This document shows positions 38,357 through 44,906 of a stretch of 44,906 bases of DNA, piece after piece. The stretch's first letter is position 1. Each line of letters starts with the position of its first letter. The notes under the pieces were generated by a model. It saw only the letters and a program-made list of their open reading frames with translations. It had not been told where the DNA came from and made no database searches. The translations under genes and the position numbers were made by a program. The DNA comes from Clostridia bacterium (GTDB lineage Bacteria; Bacillota; Clostridia; UMGS1840), in NCBI GenBank assembly GCA_045580405.1, contig JAZNNT010000153.1:1-44906 (forward strand), written 5' to 3'.

Positions 38357-38408
38357 AGCCTCGCCCTTTGGGAGAGGTGGCACGGCAAAGCCGTGCCGGA
38401 GAGGGTGT
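38357..38408 (+). repeat. third sequence variant of the solo two-hairpin terminus
   Basis: AGCCTCGCCC-tttg-GGAGAGG, then GGCACGGC-aaa-GCCGTGCC, then GGAGAGGGTGT. Confidence 0.6.
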
Positions 38409-38466
38409 TATGGTTGCCTATGGCAACCTACCGCAATTCTTCGTTTTTCATTCTTCAGTATTCATT

Positions 38467-38508
38467 AAAAACCGTAAGGATTTTTGATTAAAATTCTTAC
38501 GGTTTTTC
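38467..38508 (+). terminator. intrinsic terminator
   Basis: Hairpin AAAACCGTAAG-18 nt-CTTACGGTTTTT. Confidence 0.6.
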
Positions 38509-38576
38509 AAGGAAATTTTTTGATTTTCCAATCCCGAAAAAATGTAGAAATATACGAAAAAACCAAGAAAAAATCA

Positions 38577-38606
38577 TTGACAACCACCCCATATTCGTGA
38601 TACAAT
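38577..38606 (+). promoter_or_regulatory. sigma-A-like promoter of carAB
   Basis: TTGACA, an 18-nt spacer, then TACAAT. It is followed by a roughly 200-nt leader with several hairpins. Confidence 0.55.
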
Positions 38607-38782
38607 AGATAGAAAGAAATTTTAGAAGATTTTAAAAGGAGAGAACTTCTCCTTTTCTAAAAAAGCCGAAATCCTAAGTGATTTCGGAAAAAATTTTACC
38701 CATTTTTAGGAAAAACCGCCATTTTTATGGGAAAAACCCACAAAATATGGCTATGATAGATATCAAGAAAGGATGTGCCTGT

Positions 38783-38809
38783 TTTGAAAGATTTGAAAGA
38801 TTTGAAAGA
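38783..38809 (+). repeat. three perfect tandem copies of TTTGAAAGA abutting the carA start
   Basis: Read directly: TTTGAAAGA x3, then a single A, then ATG 38811. Confidence 0.9.
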
Positions 38810-38810
38810 A

Positions 38811-39872
38811 ATGTACTTGATTCTGGAAAACAAAACCGTGTTCAAAGGCAAAAGCTTTGGTGCTTACCGTGAAGCAGTGGGCGAACTGGTGTTTTCCACC
38901 AATATGCTTGGTTATATGGATACCCTGACCGATCCCGCAAACTTCGGTCAGCTTGTGATTTCCACCTTCCCCGAAATGGGTTGCCACGGCACCATTGCGG
39001 AAGAAATGGCAGGAGAAAAGGCATCCTGTTTTGGTTATATTGTAAAAGATTGGTGTCAGTCACCGTCCAATTGGCGTTTGGAAGGTGATCTTGACACTTT
39101 TTTAAAGGAAAAAGACATCCCGGGAATTTACGGCATTGATACCAGAAAGCTGACTAAAATGGTTCGTGATGCCGGCACCATGAATGCAAAAATTTCTTTT
39201 ACTCCCGACTTTACCGATGATATTGCAACCTATAAAATTGTGGATGCGGTAAAATCCGTATCCGTCCCCGAAAAGATTACCTCCATGGGCAAGGATGCCA
39301 AATATCGTGTAGTGATGTGGGATTTTGGTGCTAATAACAATATGATGAAGGCATTTTTGGATGCAGGCTGTGACGTGACCAAAGTGCCTTATAACACCCA
39401 GGCAGAAGAAATTATCGCAATGCGTCCCGATGGGGTGATTTTATCCGGAGGACCCGGAGATCCCACCGAGTTAACTGACGTGATTACCGAAATCCGCGGG
39501 ATAAAAGATATTCCTACCTTGGGAATTGGGCTGGGACATCAGCTCTTGGCGTTATCTCAGGGGGCAAAAATTGAAAAACTGAAATTCGGCCACCGTGGTG
39601 CATCCGTTCCCGTTCGGAACGAAACCACCGGCAAGGTATACATTTCCTCTCAGAATCACAGCTATCAGGTGGTAAACGATTCTGTGGAGTCTTTTGGAAA
39701 AGTTTCCTATCGCAATGTGAATGACGGCACCGTGGAAGGCATTGACTATGCCAACATTCCTGCTTTTTCCGTGCAGTTTAACATTGAAAGCTTCTCCGAG
39801 CCTATGCATCCGGGCTTTTTGGTAGACAGATTTGTAGAAATGATGGAGGGAAGAAAAGATGCCGTTAAATAA
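38811..39872 (+). CDS. carA: carbamoyl-phosphate synthase small (glutaminase) subunit
   Basis: MYLILENKTVFKGKSFG.. N-terminus and GATase ..LGIGLGHQLL... 14-nt overlap with carB. Confidence 0.9.
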   Translation: MYLILENKTVFKGKSFGAYREAVGELVFSTNMLGYMDTLTDPANFGQLVISTFPEMGCHGTIAEEMAGEKASCFGYIVKDWCQSPSNWRLEGDLDTFLKEKDIPGIYGIDTRKLTKMVRDAGTMNAKISFTPDFTDDIATYKIVDAVKSVSVPEKITSMGKDAKYRVVMWDFGANNNMMKAFLDAGCDVTKVPYNTQAEEIIAMRPDGVILSGGPGDPTELTDVITEIRGIKDIPTLGIGLGHQLLALSQGAKIEKLKFGHRGASVPVRNETTGKVYISSQNHSYQVVNDSVESFGKVSYRNVNDGTVEGIDYANIPAFSVQFNIESFSEPMHPGFLVDRFVEMMEGRKDAVK

Positions 39873-42800
39873 GGAAATCAAAAAAGTATTAGTAATCGGC
39901 TCCGGCCCTATCATTATCGGTCAGGCAGCAGAGTTTGACTATGCAGGTACCCAGGCTTGCCGCGCATTAAAGGAAGACGGTCTGGAAGTGGTTTTGGTAA
40001 ACTCCAACCCTGCAACCATTATGACCGACAGCAAAATGGCGGACAAGATTTATATTGAACCGCTGACTTTACCCGTTATCAAAAGAATTATCGAAAAAGA
40101 AAAGCCGGACAGCCTGCTTTCCACCTTAGGGGGACAGACCGGATTAACCCTGTCCATGCAGCTGGCAAAGGAAGGCTTTTTGGACAAGCATAACGTAAAA
40201 CTTTTAGGGGCAAATCCCGAAACCATCGACAAGGCGGAAGACCGCCAGATGTTTAAGGATATGATGGAAAAAATCAATCAGCCCGTCATTCCCTCCAAGG
40301 TGGTAAACACCTTGGAAGATGCCCTGGATTTTGCACACACCATCGGCTATCCCTTAATTATCCGTCCCGCATTTACCTTAGGCGGTACCGGCGGCGGTAT
40401 TGTAAACAACGAAGAAGAAATGATTGAGATTACTACCAACGGTCTGCGTCTTTCTCCCATTACCCAGGTATTGGTGGAAAAATGTGTGTCCGGCTGGAAG
40501 GAAATCGAATTTGAAGTAATTCGTGACAGTAAGGGTAACTCCATCACCGTCTGCAGTATGGAAAACTTAGACCCCGTTGGAGTGCATACCGGTGACTCCA
40601 TTGTTATTGCCCCTGCGGTTTCTCTGTCCGATTACGAATATTCCATGTTAAGACGTGCCGCCCTTGACATTTTAAATGAATTAAAAATCGAAGGCGGCTG
40701 TAACTGTCAGTTTGCCTTAAATCCCGATAGCTTTGAATATGCGGTAATCGAGGTAAACCCCCGAGTTTCCCGTTCCTCCGCATTGGCATCCAAAGCAACC
40801 GGCTATCCCATCGCAAAGGTTGCGGCAAAAATTGCCATCGGCTATCAGCTAGATGAAATTTTAAATGCAGTAACCGGCAAAACCTACGCTTGCTTTGAAC
40901 CTGCCATTGACTATGTGGTGGTAAAATTCCCCAAATTCCCCTTCGATAAATTCGTGTATGCAAAACGTGATTTAGGTACACAGATGAAGGCAACCGGGGA
41001 GGTTATGGCAATCGGTGCCACCTTTGAAGAAGCCATTATGAAAGCCGTTCGCGGTGCGGAAATTTCCAAGGATTCTATGCGTCATAAAGACTTGGTTGGT
41101 CTTTCTGACGATGTGATTATGGAAAAACTTCACCAGTGTAACGACGAGCGAATTTTTGTGGTGTATGAAGCCATTACCCGTGGCGTATCTATTGATACCA
41201 TCTATGATATCACCAAAATTGACCGTTGGTTCTTATCCAAACTGGCAAATATTTTCAAAATGGAAAGCCGTTTAAAAGAAGAAACCTTAACAAAAGAGCT
41301 TCACTTAGAAGCCAAGAAAATGGGCTTTTTGGATAAGGTTATCGAAGGACTGTCCGGTCAGAAAATTCCCGAAAAAATCTATGCATCCTATAAGATGGTA
41401 GACACCTGTGCCGGTGAATTTAATGCCCAGACTCCCTACTTCTATTCTTCCTATGAAGAAGCCAATGAAGCCAGAGAATTTATCGATAATAACCCCACCG
41501 ACAAGAAAACTGTTATTGTATTCGGCTCCGGCCCCATCCGTATCGGTCAGGGGATTGAGTTTGACTACGCTTCCGTACACTGTGTATGGGCACTTCAGGA
41601 AGCAGGCTACGAGGTGGTAATTGTCAACAACAACCCGGAAACCGTTTCCACCGACTTTGACACCGCAAACCGTCTGTACTTTGAACCCTTAAATCCCGAA
41701 GATGTGATGAATGTGATTCATACTGAGAAGCCTTACGGGGTGGTAGTTGCTTTTGGCGGCGGTACTGCCATCAAGTTAACCAACTTCCTTCAGGAAAACG
41801 GTGTTCGCATTTTGGGTACCGGTGCAGACAGCATTGATATGGCGGAAGACAGAGAACGCTTTGACGATCTTCTGGAACGCTTAAACATCAAACGTCCTCA
41901 GGGCTTTACTGTGTTAACCGAAGAAGAAGCGTTGGAAACTGCAAACCGTATCGGTTATCCGGTGCTGATTCGTCCTTCCTACGTATTGGGCGGTCAGAAT
42001 ATGATTATCGCCTGGAACGATAACGATACCCGTGAATATATGAAAATTATTCTGCACGGTCTGGACGAAAACCCCATCTTGATTGACAAATATTTAATGG
42101 GTACCGAAATTGAAGTGGATGCCATCTCCGACGGGGAAGACATTTTAATCCCCGGTATTATGGAGCATATTGAACGTGCAGGGGTTCACTCCGGTGACTC
42201 CATTGCCGTGTATCCTGCCTTCAATTTAGATGTGCCCATGATTCAAAAAATCATTGATTCCACCAAGAAATTAGCCGTTGCCTTAAATACCAAAGGTCTG
42301 GTCAACATCCAGTATTTGGTGTATGACAATGAATTATATGTGATTGAAGTAAATCCCCGTTCCTCCCGTACCGTACCTTATATCAGCAAGGTTACCAAGG
42401 TTCCCATGATTGACTTGGCAACCCGTGCAATGCTGGGTGAAAAATTAAAGGATATGGGTTACGGCACCGGTCTTTACAAAAACTCTCCCTATGTGGCGGT
42501 CAAAGTGCCTGTGTTCTCCTTTGCGAAACTCTTAGGGGTGGACATTCACTTAGGACCTGAAATGAAATCTACCGGGGAAGTTTTGGGCATTGGCGCAAAC
42601 TTAGAAGAAGCTTTATACAAAGGCTTAATTGCAGCAGGCTATAAGCTGCAGAAAAAAGGCGGCGTGTTCATTTCCGTAAGAAATTCCGATAAAGCGGAAA
42701 TCTACGGCGTGGCAAAAGGATTTTATGATTTGGGCTTCACCGTGTATGCAACCCACGGTACCGCGAAAATCTTATCCGATGCAGGAATCCCGGTAATTCC

Positions 42801-43902
42801 CGTGGATAAAATTCACGAAAATGCCGAAAACAACACCTTAACCTTAATCGAAAGCGGAAAAGTAAACTTTGTTGTTTCCACCTCCGCCAAAGGCAGACTT
42901 CCCGAACGTGACAGCGTAAAAATCAGAAGAAAAGCAGTGGAAAGAAGCGTTCCCTGCTTCACCTCTATTGACACTGCAAACGCTGTTATCAACTCTATGA
43001 AGGGCAAATACTCTGAAGGCAGCATCGAAATTGTGGACATCAACAACATGCGTGAAGAAAAAATCGCAGTAGAGTTCACCAAGATGCAGAGCTTAGGCAA
43101 TGACTATATCTATTTTGACTGCTTAAATAAGCAGATTGATAATCCCGAAGCTTTGGCAATCCGTCTTTCTGACCGTCACTTTGGCATCGGTGCAGACGGT
43201 GCGGTGGTGATTGAAGCCTCCAAAACTGCAGATGCGAAAATGAGAATTTTCAATTCCGACGGTACCGAAGGCAGAATGGGCGGAAACGCCATCCGTTGTG
43301 TTGGTAAATACCTGTATGACAAGGGTATTGTTCCTCATGAAGAGATGGAAATTGAAACCTTAAGCGGTGTGAAAAAGCTGAAGGTTTACACCATGGAAGG
43401 GGAAGTTGTGGCAGCCCGTGTGGATATGGGCAAGGTGGAAACCAAGCCGGAGCTGGTTCCCGTGGTGTCCGACAAGGAAATCGTGAAAAACGAACCCATT
43501 AGTGTAGCAGGAGAAGAATTTCATGTGACCTGTGTGTCTGTGGGCAATCCCCACGCGGTAGTATTTACCGATAATTTAGACACCGTGGATATGCAAAAGG
43601 TTGGTCCCGAATTTGAATATCATCCCATGTTCCCCGACAGAGTGAATGTGGAATTTGTTACCGTGATTGACAAAAACACCTTAAAAATGCGTGTTTGGGA
43701 ACGAGGCATCGGCGAAACCTTAGCTTGCGGCACAGGTGCCTGTGCAGCAGCTGTTGCAGCTATTTTAAACGGTTATTGCGAAAAGGATACCGACATTACC
43801 GTGAAACTCCCCGGCGGGGATTTGAAAATCCGTTATACAGATGAAACGCTGTATATGACCGGTCCGGCTGTCAAAGCATACGAAGGAGTCATTTCTCTTT
43901 AG
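39859..43902 (+). CDS. carB: carbamoyl-phosphate synthase large subunit fused in frame to a diaminopimelate-epimerase-like domain
   Basis: Residues 1-1063 form a complete CarB (two ATP-grasp halves plus an MGS-like domain). Residues 1064-1347 (nt 43048-43902) are DapF-like (FTKMQSLGNDY..., ..SVGNPHAV.., ..ERGIGETLACGTGA..). No stop codon separates them. Confidence 0.85.
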   Translation: MPLNKEIKKVLVIGSGPIIIGQAAEFDYAGTQACRALKEDGLEVVLVNSNPATIMTDSKMADKIYIEPLTLPVIKRIIEKEKPDSLLSTLGGQTGLTLSMQLAKEGFLDKHNVKLLGANPETIDKAEDRQMFKDMMEKINQPVIPSKVVNTLEDALDFAHTIGYPLIIRPAFTLGGTGGGIVNNEEEMIEITTNGLRLSPITQVLVEKCVSGWKEIEFEVIRDSKGNSITVCSMENLDPVGVHTGDSIVIAPAVSLSDYEYSMLRRAALDILNELKIEGGCNCQFALNPDSFEYAVIEVNPRVSRSSALASKATGYPIAKVAAKIAIGYQLDEILNAVTGKTYACFEPAIDYVVVKFPKFPFDKFVYAKRDLGTQMKATGEVMAIGATFEEAIMKAVRGAEISKDSMRHKDLVGLSDDVIMEKLHQCNDERIFVVYEAITRGVSIDTIYDITKIDRWFLSKLANIFKMESRLKEETLTKELHLEAKKMGFLDKVIEGLSGQKIPEKIYASYKMVDTCAGEFNAQTPYFYSSYEEANEAREFIDNNPTDKKTVIVFGSGPIRIGQGIEFDYASVHCVWALQEAGYEVVIVNNNPETVSTDFDTANRLYFEPLNPEDVMNVIHTEKPYGVVVAFGGGTAIKLTNFLQENGVRILGTGADSIDMAEDRERFDDLLERLNIKRPQGFTVLTEEEALETANRIGYPVLIRPSYVLGGQNMIIAWNDNDTREYMKIILHGLDENPILIDKYLMGTEIEVDAISDGEDILIPGIMEHIERAGVHSGDSIAVYPAFNLDVPMIQKIIDSTKKLAVALNTKGLVNIQYLVYDNELYVIEVNPRSSRTVPYISKVTKVPMIDLATRAMLGEKLKDMGYGTGLYKNSPYVAVKVPVFSFAKLLGVDIHLGPEMKSTGEVLGIGANLEEALYKGLIAAGYKLQKKGGVFISVRNSDKAEIYGVAKGFYDLGFTVYATHGTAKILSDAGIPVIPVDKIHENAENNTLTLIESGKVNFVVSTSAKGRLPERDSVKIRRKAVERSVPCFTSIDTANAVINSMKGKYSEGSIEIVDINNMREEKIAVEFTKMQSLGNDYIYFDCLNKQIDNPEALAIRLSDRHFGIGADGAVVIEASKTADAKMRIFNSDGTEGRMGGNAIRCVGKYLYDKGIVPHEEMEIETLSGVKKLKVYTMEGEVVAARVDMGKVETKPELVPVVSDKEIVKNEPISVAGEEFHVTCVSVGNPHAVVFTDNLDTVDMQKVGPEFEYHPMFPDRVNVEFVTVIDKNTLKMRVWERGIGETLACGTGACAAAVAAILNGYCEKDTDITVKLPGGDLKIRYTDETLYMTGPAVKAYEGVISL

Positions 43903-44025
43903 GCTTGATAAATGGCGCATAATCCGTAAATCTCACCGCTCGGCGTACCGATGTACGCCTTCGGGTAACCCCCTGCGGGTTCGGTTTGCGAATTCTGCAT
44001 CCATTTTTCATCGCCTTACATCAGG
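43903..44025 (+). repeat. single unit of the 3'-end repeat family
   Basis: GCTTGATAAATGGCGCATAAT..TCACCGCTC, hairpin GGCGTAC-cgat-GTACGCC, TTCGGGT, hairpin AACCC-cctgc-GGGTT, then CGGTTTGCGAATTCTGCATCCATTTTTCATCGCCTTAC. Confidence 0.8.
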
Positions 44026-44034
44026 TTAAATTAG

Positions 44035-44084
44035 AAAAGACGAAATTCTTTAGCAAAAAACAAAGAGTTTCGTCTTTTTTGTTT
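44035..44084 (+). terminator. intrinsic terminator after carB-dapF
   Basis: Hairpin AAAAGACGAAA...TTTCGTCTTTTTT. Confidence 0.7.
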
Positions 44085-44113
44085 GGTTTGGAAAATGTCA
44101 TTTGTAGGGGATA

Positions 44114-44207
44114 GATGCCCTCATCGTCCTGTGATTTCCAACAAGAGGATACCGCTTTCGGTTGGTCGGACGAATCCCTCAGTCAGCTTACGCTGCCAAC
44201 ATCGTCC
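44114..44207 (+). repeat. short element bounded by 16-nt direct repeats
   Basis: GATGCCCTCATCGTCC (44114-44129) and GCTGCCAACATCGTCC (44192-44207). An internal hairpin CCAAC...GTTGG lies between them. Confidence 0.45.
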
Positions 44208-44226
44208 CGTTTTTTATTAAAATCTA

Positions 44227-44255
44227 TTGCTTTCTTTCCCAAAAAATGCTATAAT
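44227..44255 (+). promoter_or_regulatory. sigma-A-like promoter of an ORF-less ~215-nt unit
   Basis: TTGCTT, a 17-nt spacer, then TGc-TATAAT. Confidence 0.5.
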
Positions 44256-44440
44256 AAAATCACCACATAATTCAATCAACAAATTTTTCAGGGATATTCT
44301 CTGTCTTAACAGGAATTTCATATCCTTTTTTAGGCATGTCAAGTTTTTGAATTGGCAAAAATGCAAATTCCGCTTGGCATGTGGGAGAAAATCCTGGATT
44401 TGTTGAGAATTGTGTGGTAACAATAGGAGTTTGCATTTTT

Positions 44441-44477
44441 CGGGTGCGTTCTCTTATTGGACGCACCTTTTTTTTTG
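44441..44477 (+). terminator. strong intrinsic terminator
   Basis: Hairpin GGTGCGT-11 nt-ACGCACC followed by T9. Confidence 0.75.
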
Positions 44478-44556
44478 CAATTTTTTAAAAAAGGAGGTTT
44501 TATCATATTTTGGCAAGTAAAAGGATGCAAAATTTTAACAAAATGGAGGTATTTTT

Positions 44557-44906
44557 ATGAGAAATTTTAGAGCTTGTTGTTTCATTGTAGCAGGTATTCT
44601 TGGTTTGATTTGCGGTATAACCGGCACACAATTTTTGGAGAATAATAGAGTAACGACAACCAAAATAAATCCTAACACCCCCATTGTTATCAATGGACGC
44701 GAATATAATAATGTAAGATACATCTCTTCTGAGTCAATTCCGGGATATACAGAACAAGTTGCTGCACAAAACAAAATAGAGAACATTGTGCGTTTGTGTT
44801 ACATTGGAGGTGTGGTGTTTTTAAGCATCGGAGGAATAGCATTATTCTCAAATCTTGCTAAAAAAACAAAGAAAATCATCCGACAGATAGGTGTCATTTT
44901 AGAAAT
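44557..44906 (+). CDS. hypothetical membrane protein, N-terminal part (open to window end; absent from the ORF track)
   Basis: ATG 44557 lies 8 nt after GGAGG. There are 116 stop-free codons (MRNFRACCFIVAGILGLICG...VVFLSIGGIALFSNL...) with two hydrophobic segments. Confidence 0.55.
   Translation, partial: MRNFRACCFIVAGILGLICGITGTQFLENNRVTTTKINPNTPIVINGREYNNVRYISSESIPGYTEQVAAQNKIENIVRLCYIGGVVFLSIGGIALFSNLAKKTKKIIRQIGVILE

Noticed and set aside
38410-38780. PyrR binding loop or ARG box in the carA upstream region.
   Set aside because: CCTTTGGGAGAGGTGG belongs to the repeat terminus and does not match UCCAGAGAGG. Only isolated ATTCA half-sites are seen.
43960-43995. GGGTTCGGTTTG in the repeat units, considered as a tRNA T-arm or tRNA-like gene.
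   Set aside because: No acceptor, D or anticodon arms can be drawn, and the motif is part of hairpin 2 plus the tail of the repeat family.
44217-44786. Minus-strand ORFs 44217-44423, 44272-44466, 44339-44530 and 44535-44786.
   Set aside because: The first three overlap one another in all three frames in AT-rich DNA. The last is antisense to a plus-strand ORF that has a GGAGG RBS and runs open to the window end.

Overview
This window looks like the replication-origin neighbourhood of a low-GC, endospore-forming Firmicute (Clostridia-like). It carries dnaA-dnaN with DnaA-box clusters on both sides, soj-spo0J with parS-like sites, spoIIE, and ricT/yaaT-holB. About 40 CDS are recognisable housekeeping genes: K+ uptake trkHA, an alanine/glycine symporter behind a tandem glycine riboswitch, ilvE, gpsA, corA, serS, hisZGH, rnc, trpS, trmB, rpsB-tsf-pyrH and carAB. 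I found no multi-gene accessory island, defence locus, CRISPR array, tRNA or rRNA, so I do not claim a new multi-protein system. The unusual content is architectural or non-coding. (1) Two 445-bp cassettes each carry a DUF559-type (Vsr-fold endonuclease-like) ORF bounded by structured inverted termini, and four solo copies of the 5' terminus lie elsewhere. (2) A modular repeat family starts at or within a few nt of the stop codons of unrelated genes. It is always co-oriented with the upstream gene, and its two hairpins show compensatory base changes between copies. (3) carB runs in frame, with no stop codon, into a dapF-like domain whose first catalytic Cys is Gly. (4) Three identical parS-like 16-mers sit within 200 bp upstream of soj. 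(5) A 62-bp tandem repeat array upstream of dnaA has a related motif upstream of dnaN. (6) An orphan promoter-terminator pair encloses about 215 nt with no convincing ORF. All family names come from motif recognition in the translated ORFs. No database search, covariance model or folding program was run. Several ORF-track starts were trimmed to internal starts with better RBS or promoter context.
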